This document shows, in pieces, positions 1 to 12,207 of a DNA stretch of 64,000 nt. Made by a program: the position numbers and the translations under genes. Position 1 is the stretch's first letter; each line of letters starts with the position of its first letter. Source of the DNA: Eledone cirrhosa (lineage: Eukaryota); contig OZ024740.1 of assembly GCA_964016885.1 (NCBI GenBank), forward strand, positions 168,950,001 to 169,014,000, given 5' to 3'. The notes under the pieces are model-generated. The model saw nothing but the letters and a program-made list of their open reading frames with translations. It ran no database searches and had not been told where the DNA came from.

Positions 1-761
1 TGCTGTCCGATTGCACATCATGCCTTGCTCAAGCATTGCAGACTTCTCTCTGACATAAGTGGTGACATCTGTCCTGCTGACTCATGCCACTTTATTAAAG
101 TACAAAAGGACCAAGCCGATTTTCTCCACGTGGAAGGAGAAGCATACCTAATACTAATTGCATCAGAGCATTCGGTTTATTTTCTTTACATATTGTCCAG
201 GCATGCAGTTTTTCCACGATTAGGTCTGTTGGCTACCCGCGTTGTTTCAGGGAGTGTTATGCACATAAAAAATTCAACTTTTTGATCTCCTAGGGCCCGC
301 ATTAGGTGAAAAACTGTGTTTTTTCAGCTTTTTAGGGGTATTTTGAGGCGTTACGTCAGACCGATTTCCTTGAAATTGTAACTATGTATTAGTCAGTCTC
401 TTCTTCATACCGTGAGCAAAGAAAATCCAACTTTTTTATGGCCTAGGGCCCGCATTAGGTGAAAAACTTCATTTATTCAGCTTTTTAGGGCTTTTTTTAG
501 GCGTTACATCTAGCCGATTTTGCCGAAATTTCAAGGCATTATACACATAAAAAGAATTGATTTTCTTGATCCCCTAGGGCCCACATTAGGTGAAAACCTG
601 CATTTTTCCTGCTTCATTGAGGAAAATCTTAAAGATTATCAGAGTATTCAGTTTATTTTCTTTACATATTGTCCAGGCATGCAGTTTTTCTACGATTAGG
701 TCTGTTGGCGGCCCGCGTTCCAAAATACCTTATCCCGTGCAACGCCGGCTACCACTGCTAA
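1..761 (+). mobile_element. Helitron-like element, 3' portion
   Basis: Ends in CCCGTGCAACGCCGG..N..CTAA (GC-rich subterminal hairpin plus CTRR), followed by T. Internal direct repeats: ~80 bp at 162-243/637-719 and CTAGGGCCC(G/A)CATTAGGTGAAAA three times. The left boundary is not determined. Confidence 0.6.
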
Positions 762-817
762 TGTGAAATAAAGTGTTTACTGTAAAAATACAATAGTAAA
801 TAATGCTAAAGGGTTAA
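762..817. mobile_element. Right end of a piggyBac-like MITE, interrupted by the Helitron
   Basis: Matches 11496-11564 and ends TGCTAAAGGG-TTAA. Confidence 0.65.
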
Positions 818-953
818 GTTGTGATTTAAACATCACATTAAAAATGACTAAGTTATATTGCTAAATCTCTATATTTTCTTAACTTTTTCAAAATCATTTT
901 GAAAATTAGTCAGTCACTTATTAGAAATAGGGTTAACACAAATGTTAGTGTAC

Positions 954-1065
954 CTGGGTGTCAAGCAAAATAACTCGGTCATTAGTGACAAACATATCAA
1001 CTCCTGATGTCTGATGACTACCAACTTCTCGTATATCCTTGCTCTGAGGCTGGAACACAAAACTT
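954..1065 (-). CDS. SMG9: SMG9 coding exon 6
   Basis: tgtag|A...CAG|gtacac; SFVFQPQSKDIREVGSHQTSGVDMFVTNDRVILLDTQ. Confidence 0.92.
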
Positions 1066-4000
1066 CTACAAAAAACAATAAGCAAATAAATAAAGAAATA
1101 TATAAATTTTTAATATTTTAGAGATAGATTACTGAATAAAGTAAATTTAGAACTGGACATTCCTTCATGATACTAACATAGAATTCTGCCTCAAAATGTC
1201 TAGTCCAATATACTCGTTCCGTAATTGCTGGGTCGAATGTGGAAGCTGTCGCATCTCTGTCTGCCTTCAATGCGCCACAGGCTTCCGGAGGATCCCAGGC
1301 CAAAAAAAGAGACATCATAATGCTATGATGGATGGAATATGGGAGATGATCCAGCTAAAATCCTGGTCCTTTCAGTGTCTGGCCTGTGTGCCTGCCTCCA
1401 CTAATGTTATTAATGTTATTGAAAAACAACAACAACAACAACAAAAACCAATGACTGTGTCTTCCTCTACCATTGTTACTGAACAACGGCAAAAACCTAT
1501 GACACTGGCTTCTACTGTTATTCCTGTGGGAGAACATCAGAAACAACAACAACCCATGTCTTCAACTCCCAGTACATCTCGACACCAACAACTGGTGACT
1601 GTGTCTTCCCCTACCATTCCCGTGGAGGAACATCATCATCACCAACAACAACAACAGCAACAACCTGCGACTGTGTCCTCCCCTGCCATTCCCGTGGAGG
1701 AACATCATCATCACCAACAACGGCAGCAGCAGCAGAAACAGCAACAACAACAACCGACCAGTACAGATTTTGCGGAACTGCAACTAATGATTGCTGCTCT
1801 GAGAAGGGAAGTTGCAGGAATAGAGGCAAGCATTCGGGTAGGACTCCACAATGAGGGGTCTTATCGGAATGACTTGCTAAAGAATCTCCCTGTACCTCTT
1901 GCCGAAAAGACTGAAAAGACTGCGGAATCTGCTACCCATGAAGTGATTGCCATTGGGGTACCAGAGGACAAGGCTGATCTTCAGGCATTTGCTGCCAGCT
2001 CAGCCAAAGACCTAGGCTGTGTTCCCCCAAAGGGTGCCCTCCGCCTTGGTCGACCTGGTCCAAAACCCAGACTCATCAGGCTGTCTTTCTCGGACTCCGC
2101 AGAGGCAACCTCATATCATCTGGCCTCTGCTAAAGCTGGGCGTGAAAATCGGATTACCTTCCGAACATGCCCAGGCCTACCACCCCATGTACGTCCAAAA
2201 CTACGTGCTGCAGCTTCCTTGAATCGGAACTCAGCACAAGTCAAAGTTTCAGTCTGCGTGATGATGGGCAGATCTGGAGGTTTGTCAAGGCTGGTGAAAC
2301 GTGGAAGAGAGATACCAGCTGGTCTGAGTGTGATCTACCCACAATAACTGGCAATGTAAAAACTGCTACAACTCTGGGAAACTAAACCAGAACAACCTGC
2401 CACCCTCTACACACCATCATAAACTGCGAGCAGGGTACAAATTGTTGTCCTTAAATGCTCGCAGTTTATGCAACAAGATACATCTCTGTTCGAATCCTAC
2501 GTCAGAAGCATCGACCCTGACTTCATCACAGTCACGGAAACATGGGCGCATTCCTTACTCTGTGATGGGGTTTTCACCATTACTGGGTACAACCTTTTCC
2601 GCAAGGACCGCATTAACCGCCGTGGTGGTGGTGTGATGGTCTACGTTTGTTCAAACTTTTCGGTAATTCCTTGCGTTGATTTGAACGAATCACAGGAAGA
2701 AGTTTTTTTCTGTGACATACGTATGACCATGTCAACACTTCTGCTTGGTGTTGTTTATCGCCCCCCAAACTACCATCAGGACACACAGCTTTGCGATATC
2801 CTCAGAGTTGCTGCCAAGAAAACAGCCACTTATGTGTTTATTGCAGCTGACTTCAATCATCCTGAGATCGGTTGGGAAACCTTTCGTTGGCCACAGGGTG
2901 CAAACGATTTCCTTGAACTAGTGCTGGACTCAAACTGGTCACAAGTAGTCACCTCTCCAACAAGAGGTGACAACACTTTGGACCTGATCTTCACCACTAC
3001 TCCTGAAGTGGTTATCAGTTGTACTACTGAGGAACCTCTAGGCAACTATGATCATGCTATGATCATTGCCAATCTGGCACTTGAGGGCAGCAACAAAAAC
3101 CAGAGCCATCGCCAATCTGCTTGCTTTGATTGGAAGAGGGCGGATTGGAACTTGTACTGCACTGAGCTACAGCGCCCAAACTGGCATGAGATGTATAACT
3201 CTGGAGATGTGAACTCTATACTCCAGAGCATCCTGGACTCAATATGGATAGCGTGTGCAGCATCAGTGCCACGGAAGCGGGAAAATAACCACCCCAAAAG
3301 TGCAATCTGGGAAACTTCAGCGGTCCGACTTGCCAGGAAAGAACGTCGGAACGCTGAACGGGAATATAAACTGCATAGATCAGATGCCAACAGAAAAAAG
3401 CGGAATAAATCTTCTAACCATCTCAAGCAAGTGACAAAGAAGGCAGTGCTTGAATTTGAACAGTGCATCGCAACCAATCCTGACAGTAAGGTGTTCTGGA
3501 AATATGTTCATTCAAAGCAGAGACCTCACTCTCCAGTTGGTCCTCTTCGCAATCCCCACACAAGCCAGATCACTGACGATCCCAAGGAATGCGCAGAACT
3601 CATTGCTGAGTGCTATGCAAGTATTTTTACTGTTGAAAACCAGAATGTACCATCTCCACCATCTCTAACATCAAATTCCATAACAACTATGGAATTTACA
3701 CCTGCAATGTTGCGACGTCACCTTAAGAATAAGCGCAACTATGCCTCCCCTGGTCTTGATGGTGTGACATACCTGCTTCTCAAACGTAGCGGGTATTTCC
3801 TTTTGCGCCAGCTTTCTTTCTTCTTTCAATACTGTCTCAACAATGGTGCTACTCCGGAGCAGTGGAAAACTGCCAGTGTCATTCCCTTGTTCAAAAAGGG
3901 CAACCGCATGTCACCTATCAACTATCGTCCAGTCAGTCTTACTAGCTGTATTGCCAAACTGATGGAATCCTGTGTCAGAGAAACACTTTGGAACTTCTGA

Positions 4001-7000
4001 AATCCTTCATTCTCAGCCGAAAGGAAGTAGTCACGGTTCTAGGACATCATTCTTCACCATATGAGATGTCATCTGGTGTACCACAGGGATCTGTTCTTGG
4101 TGCTCTTTTGTTTGTGGCATATATTAATGACATAGATGCCAACTTACAGAATGCCACGGTACTAAAATATGCAGATGACATCAAGCTGTACCTTGAAATC
4201 AAAAGGACTGATCCTGAAATTTACAACTCTTTCCTACAATCAGACCTGGACACAATGCAGCAATGGATCACAGACTGGCAACTGAAGCTGGCTGTGGACA
4301 AGTGTACCACCATGCATTTTGGAAGGAAAAATCCAGCGTCCACATACTCCCTCCACAACACTGACATCAAAAAGTCCTCTTGTGAACGTGACCTGGGCAT
4401 TACTGTCAGCAACGATTTGCGTTGGACAAAGCATGTCTCTAAGATTGTCAAGAAGGCCGAGGGTGTTTTGGCATCACTCAGCAAGACCTTTGTTAGCCGC
4501 TCTCCAGCCATCTATTTAAAACTGTATACAGCTATGGTGCGACCACACTTGGAATTCGCATCATCAGTCTGGAACCCCTATCTTGCTCGGAACATTGACC
4601 TCCTGGAAACTGTTCAGAGACGTGCAACCAAGCGCATACCCTCCATCAGACACCTACCATACTCTGAACGCCTTGCTTCCCTGGGCATGGATTCATTGAA
4701 GCTCCGACGTCTGGCAATGGACTTGGTGAATACCCACAAAGTTTTTAACCATCTCGCCAACTGCAACCCTGAGCGCCTCTTTGATCTCCATGTGTCTAAC
4801 ACACGTGGACATGCCTACAAGATAAGAAAACAGCACAGCTCCCATGACTTTCGCAGACATTTTTTCATGCTCAGAGTTGCTGAAGCATGGAACAAAATGC
4901 CTGCGTCGATTGTTGGCTGCCGAGACACTGCATCCTTTAAGACACTCATGCTTCCCGAAATACGCCAAAACTACACCTGATGTACCCCTTCCATACACAT
5001 GCACACATGTGTGTATCATGACTCATGCACTGTTCATTTTACTGATGTTTGTGCATTGCCCTATGTACTGTACATGCACTTTTTTGATGAGTTGTGGTGC
5101 ACCTGGGCACTGTACACAATATTTCATTATTGTTATTGTTATTATATCATGACTCATACACTGTTCATTTTCCTGACATTTGTACATTATTCTATGTACT
5201 ATACATGCACCTTTGATGAGTTGTGGTGCACCTGAGCACTGTACACAATAATTTCATTATTATTATTATATACCACCACAGAGAAATGGTCATAAAACTG
5301 AGGACAACGAAGAATTTTTGTTTTTATCTTAACTCCTTGCACTGTTAGCATTTGAGTATTGTTAATATGAACTATCCTGCTTGGGTTTTAGTATTTTGAT
5401 TTGATTTTATTACAATTGTGATACTGCACTGGCTGTAGAAGCCATGCCAAACAAAGAGTCGAGAGGATTCTTCAGTAGTGTCAAGGACATGAAAACCAGC
5501 TATGATAAAATGCACCCAGTATAATATGTAAAGTGGCTGGTGTTAATATCATCCAGCTGTAGAAACCATACAAAAACCAAATCATAAGCAAGTAAGACAT
5601 AGGCCCGTCAGCCTAGAACAGTAGCTCCAATTAAGTACTGATTTTATCTGTGAGGACTTGTCCTATCTATGGCAGCATGAAAAAACAGACGTTACATGAT
5701 GAAAATGATGTTGCAGTGTGTCTGACAAAACCATTATAGGAACTTGCCATTTGAAACTTGAGCACCACCAATATTTCTGCGTGTTCAGCTTGACAGAATC
5801 AAACAAAATACATATTCATTATTATCATTTTTTTGCCTACTCTTCCATGTCGACACGAGTTAGATTAGACTTCTTTGTGTAAGTATTCTACAGCAGAATG
5901 CTCTTCTTGAGCCCAAACCGTACCTATTCTCAGGTATGGAGCTTGAAAACAACTAAGGTGCCCATTTCATTGATCTTCACCAGTTGACATTATTTAAGCA
6001 GGAGAGAGACAAATATCACTGGTTACGGAAGCAGCATCATTGCAAAGACACACATGGAGACATAGACACAGCCACATATATCTATGACAGACTTCCATAC
6101 AGTTTCTATTTACCAAATTTCACTCATGCCAGGGCTTCAGTAGAAGACACATGCCAAAGATGCTACACAATGAGAATGAACTTGAAATCATGTGGTTGCA
6201 AAGCAAACTTCTTAACCACTCAGCTGAATTTTCAAAATGCCTTATTAAATGAAGTATTTGAAATTATAGGCAGTAAATTGGGAGAGTTGTTAAAGCATTA
6301 GTTTAAATGCCTCTGCATTTGTTCAGACTTACTGTGCTGAGTTCAAGTTCTCTTAAGGTCAATTTTGTTGGACAGGATACTCTTTACATTCTGAATTCAA
6401 ATATTATCTCCTTTTACCAAGCGTTTCAACCACCAGATAGTATCAGTAATGTAAAAACCAATAGAAACATAGTTTTCTAGGTTCAATATGAGGATCAACT
6501 CCTTTCCTTCTTTTATTGAAATTCTGGTGTTAGAGTTAACAATCATAGCTCTCAATATACCAAGCACCAATCTTTTAAACAGAAAGATTTACCTGTAATA
6601 ATCTGAAGAAGAGTTTCCAGCCAGTAGAGACATGATAGTTGACTTGCCAACACCTTGCATACCCAAAACTCCAACCACAAAAAAGTTATTTTGATCCACC
6701 AAAACCTATGAAAGAAAATGAGGTAGAGAGAATCAATAGATAGGTGAGGGACAGGGGAAGTAGAGGGATATAGGGATACTGTGGAAGGGATTGCTGAGGG
6801 TTGGCATGCATGAGCAGTGGGGTGAGCTCCTGCTGGCCTACAAAATGGCTCAAATAGGTTATGTTTATCACCTCTGCCGGCCAAACTCCCTCCCATGCAT
6901 CCCTGGTTCCACCAAATTGGGTTGGGTGTAAAAGCGAGAGCTTGGAGCTATAACCGATGCAATGCTGGAATTGCACTACCCCAAAGTACATATACTCGCG

Positions 7001-10000
7001 GCTGGGCAGCCCAAAGAAACTCCAGTGAAATGAACTTACACTGTGAATTCCTTTGATGGAACTGGCTCAACCCACAGGGGTGAATGCTGCCACAAGTACA
7101 AGCAAGTAGTACCACTATCCAATGGCAGTTGGATGGTATGTCTTCAAGTTTATGGGTAGAGGGGTAAGGTCTTAAAATTACTTATTTTCCTCTACCTTTA
7201 AGCTAACTCAACATTTTACTCAGCAACACACTAAATGTGTATTTCTTCCTATTTATGTCATCAAACAAAATAAAAAAGAAAACTTCGACTCAGAAGATAT
7301 GAACTTCTTCAACAAATTACAGGCAATAAAACATCTGATTTAGAATGCTACACTTAGTACCAATCCTGTTATAATAATACTAATAGGTTTACTTACTTCC
7401 ATGCCAGTATCACACCAATGCATTGAGTCATCAACCAACTTGATACATCTAGGCATCTCTGGGAGGGGAGCAAGTCTATTTTGACACTCTAAAAGGAAAC
7501 AGGAATTATTAAATTTACATACAGACAAATACATCATGAACAACAATTAGCAAGTGATACAGAAGCTAAGGAACATTTTATAGTAGACAGCTCCTGTAGT
7601 ACATATATCAACAGATTGGCTAAGCAGTTAAATTATTCGACTAGCAGTCTATGAACAGAGATTTTATATCCAGCAATTTTGTTTTTGTGTCTGGGCACAT
7701 AACACTTCTAAATTATTTCATTTTACCAAGAGTAAAATTTACAACTGATTGTAAAATTGGTGTTTTTCATGCACATAATGCAACCAAATTAAACATCAGC
7801 CTAATGAGTGTGTGTGGTTGATAAAATGATTTCCTTTAACCCTTTAAACCAGCCATATCTGACTATTCTCTCCAAACCAGCCATAATCGGCTGCTCATAC
7901 CAACGTTAAGGTATTGTCTCAAAATAGAAATATCAAAATCTCGTAGCTTTGATATTATGTGAGATAATTATGCAAGATAAAGCCTTTTCCGTGAAAATAC
8001 AATAGTAAATATAGAGGTTGTGACATATACACACACATTATAGTTAATATATAAAAGAAAAAGAGATTTCTGACAAATATTTTAGGCATATCAAAACGTT
8101 TAATGAAAGAAACCAAGTAATGAAAATTTTAATGACTCATTTATTTGACCATTAGAAAGACCCACATATTTCATCAATGGAGACTATTAAAATGAGTACC
8201 ATTGAAACACTTTGCTTCCTGAACCCATACAGGGCTGCTCAGTTCTTTGAGGACATCTTTTATTACCTCTAACTTTTTTCTAACTAGTTCTGTTTATCAT
8301 TTCTTTTCAAATAGATGATAACAAACAACTCAACAACCCAAAAGACATGTTGTAATTGTTGCCAAAGATCATATGCAGTATGGTGAAAGGTATAAACAAA
8401 CAAATAAATATACAAATATTTACCGTCCATAGAAGAATGCTGAGTATTTCGGTGCATTTGGTAGGGAGATGCAGCATGGGATGAGAGGTCACTGGAGACA
8501 GCAGCATTGATGTTATGAAGGCTAGCAGCTGGTGTGGTGGAACGTCCTGAACTGAGAGAGGGACCTAAACCAATCCCTGAACTAGTACAGCAACTATTTC
8601 CTACACTTGCACTGCCAGGAGTGCTGTCGTCTCGGGCTTTTAAAACTACAATAGGTTTCTCAGCCATCTTCACACCAACCATACTATTTCCACTCAAGGA
8701 TGAAGAAGTCGGATTCATTGTAACAAGCTGGAGAAAGAAACAACAATAAAATTGCTTATGTGAGATGAGGAAAATAAAAAATAAGAAAATATTGTTTTAT
8801 ATAATTGCCTTACTGTGTTTCATGTTATCCTTCAACTTCCAATGTTCAAATCTCATCAAGGATTGACTTTGCCTTTCATAAGTATTTGGTACAATTAGGA
8901 GGGCTCAATAAGAACAATCAAACAAAACCCTCTAAACCTGTTGGCCCATTTCATGCTTAGGAAACAACATTGCAGCCATAGGAAAGGATGTAAAAATTTA
9001 TCTCACAAAAGCAAGGGCTATTTTCAGTAGCCTCATCACTACCATATGATTTTAAGAGCAGCTTCCCCTGTGGCATTGTGAAATCAGTCTTATTTTATGG
9101 GTTCACTGTCTGTTCACTTAAGGATCTCTTAGAGGTAAAGATTGTTGGTGCATTCATCTGTATCTCTTCTGACCAAATATAGATTGTAAAGTGATTGCTG
9201 ATGTCACTAGAGGGGGACACATGCATTTTACAGGAAATTGCTGGAGAATTAAGCAAGAACTCATTAGTGATATATTCTTATGAACACCATGTCATGGCTA
9301 TAGACCAGTTTCATATATGGACATGGGATGATGCCTTGCTGACTTCCTGAATACTATGAGAGATAAAGTCAAACAAATCACTTAGCTATTCTCATTTACT
9401 GTTGTTGATTCAATCGATTTTTGTTTTTAAATTATCTATTCAAAGGTAGATGGACAGTGCCCATGATCCTCTCAGAATGTGGTAACAATAGTTGATGTTG
9501 AGCTTGAATTTCTGTATGATGATGATAAACATCTTATATCTACTTTTCCATGTTAGCATGAATTGGACAGGAATTCTCTAGAATAACACCTACTCATTTG
9601 TTGTGGTCCCTTACCATCTCTTTCATTAGGTTCTGCATTCTGTGGTCAGTTTTCATCACTTCATCATGCTCCTTCTACTAGCATTGCTTGGCTCTTTACC
9701 TAACTGTCATTCACATGCACCATATAGCTGTGCCAAAACATAGCCTTCTTTCTTGCTTACAACAGTTAATTCTTCTGATGCTCATTTTCTGCTCTCGTGT
9801 CCAAGCATGATAACATTTCACATCCAGTAGAGCATGCCACTCTCATCTCATTTAAGTTTTCACATTCAGTGCTTATGTCTTATCCTGCAACATTACACTT
9901 TATACACAAGCATCATATAATCTGCCATTTACTCAAAACTAGAAACCATTTGTTGCCAAGAAGTAATAGTTCCCTGAACTTTTTTCACCTTGTCCTTACT

Positions 10001-12158
10001 GAAGCTACTAAGCTTCTGCAACACCAACCTTCAGTGCTAATTGTCTGTTATAGAAAAACCAAAGTAGACATAGACACAATTTCAGAACAGAGTCATATGA
10101 CCCATGGCAACATGGAGAAACAAATGTAAAATGACAACAATGATAGCCATCAGAGGCCAATATCCTTTGGCCCATGAACAAATCTTATCAATAGTAGTCA
10201 GTTATAATGAACATTTTATGACAAAATGTTCTTTATGGTACATTTATGTTTCATGCTAAGTTGAAGTGAAAACAATACAAGGCAGAACCTTTCAACTTTG
10301 AGCAGTTGAGTTACTGATAACAAAGCAGCAAGAAAATCCCTTACTAAATCAGAAGAGTGTGGCTTAGCCAAGATTATTGGAGGTTTAGGTGTTAATGAAC
10401 CAAGATGTCCAGTATCTGGCAGGTCTCGATCTCCACATTCTTGAAAAAAGTCCTGTCAAATAAAAAGAAACATTCCTTGTGAAAAAAAAAAAAAAAAAAA
10501 AAAAAAAATGGTGGCTTGGAGGCTAAACAAAAATAGAAGGAAATATCATTTGCATAACAAAGATCATAATTTAGAAATACCAAGGTGAATAAAAGTATTG
10601 GGTTACCAGCAAGCTCATACATCATATGTTCAAATCTGCAAGTAGATTATTATATTTCTGAGTAGAATATTTTATCTACATTATTTTAGTTTACCTAACA
10701 TTTGACAAGAGTTAAAAAGCCATCTGGGAAAGCTAAGCAGTTTATCCAGAAGCAGATTATTTCTCAGCTGTTCACATTATGAATCCTGAGTTAAGCACCA
10801 ACTCTCAAAAGCCATTCTAGGCTTAACCCTTTAGTAAAAAAAGTTGAGAGAATTCTGGCCGGATATGGCCGGTTTAAATGCTAAAGGGTTAAGAGACATC
10901 TAACACTCTGTTTTTATAAGTATATTAGCTGTTGTTTAGCCCAGATCAGCTCTCATTGCATAGACCTATGATCAAAGGCATTCCATCTATTTGTATTTCA
11001 GAGACTATATTGTCCAGTGTGTCCTTCCCCTTTGAAGATGGTAGGGTGTGATTTGAGAACAACTGAACTACTGTTTCTAGCGAAGCAAAGCACTATGTAA
11101 ATATGTGACCTAGCAATGGTTGGGAAACAAAATTAAAACAAATATGACTCAGGATAGGAAAATTGTCAAAATTCTACCAGAAATGTCTAAAGGTAAAAAA
11201 AAAAAAAATAATGAAGTTGATGCACACAACTTGTACCACATCTCTACACAATCTATTACCGAAATTACAAAAATATGTGTTGTTTGTGCAAAGGAAAACA
11301 ATATTCACTAAAAAGCACAGCAGTTGAGACAGATTAAAGCCAATGGATACCTTAACCCTTTAGCATTTAAAAACGACTGTATCTAGCTAGAATTTTCTCA
11401 CTTTTCTGTTCAAAATGACTGTGACTGGCCACTCATACTGATGTTAAGGTATTGTTCTCAAAATTTCGTAGATTCTATATTATGTGAGGTAATTATGTGA
11501 AATAAAGTGTTTACTGTGAAAATACAACAGTAAATATAGAGTAATGTAAATGCTAAAGGGTTAAGCACACCACAATAATGGTGGCCTTCTCAATACTTCC
11601 ATTGTCTAACTGACAAGACAATTCACATCTATATTAGATGTTTCTATTTTATTCTACACTAAATAGCAGCATGCAATATAAACAATTCACAAAGAATCAA
11701 GAAAAATGTACATATTCAACACTTTTTTATTCATTTTGTTTTTATTTTATTGAACTGCTATAATTTTATATTTTACCATTTGCCCCAGGATCAATCTGGC
11801 ACCCTACTTTGCTTAGTGCCATAAGTACGTGTTTATATGGTTTAATGGTTAACCCTGACTTTATACGTACATTATATATATATATATACATATATATAAA
11901 TATAGAGGAACCTCGGCTCACGAACGTGTCTCGAGTAACGAACCCGCAAGCCGTCAACAAGCTTGGGGTGTACGCGGGAAAGCATCAATTGGTGTGTAGT
12001 TAGTTACTATGGTAATATCTAATATCTATCTATCTATCTTTCATACACACACACTTATCTCTCTCTCTCAATATCTAGCATGGTAATAGTTTCGGAATAC
12101 GAACATTTCGGGTGACGAACGGTCTTTAGGAGCTAATCAAGTTCGTGAACCGAGGTTC

Positions 12159-12207
<49 letters not shown>

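Noticed and set aside
3052-3477. Antisense and alternative-frame ORFs over LINEs (also 24781, 47528, 59291, 60653)
   Set aside because: Shadows of the TE coding frame with no independent support.
8284-8718. KARDDS suggested a SPRED EVH1 domain
   Set aside because: No EVH1 context; the flanking exons clearly encode SMG9.
10453-10510. Alternative upstream acceptor for SMG9 exon 2 after the poly-T run
   Set aside because: Weak AAG acceptor that shifts the frame, or gives an immediate stop when combined with the alternative donor; no positive evidence.
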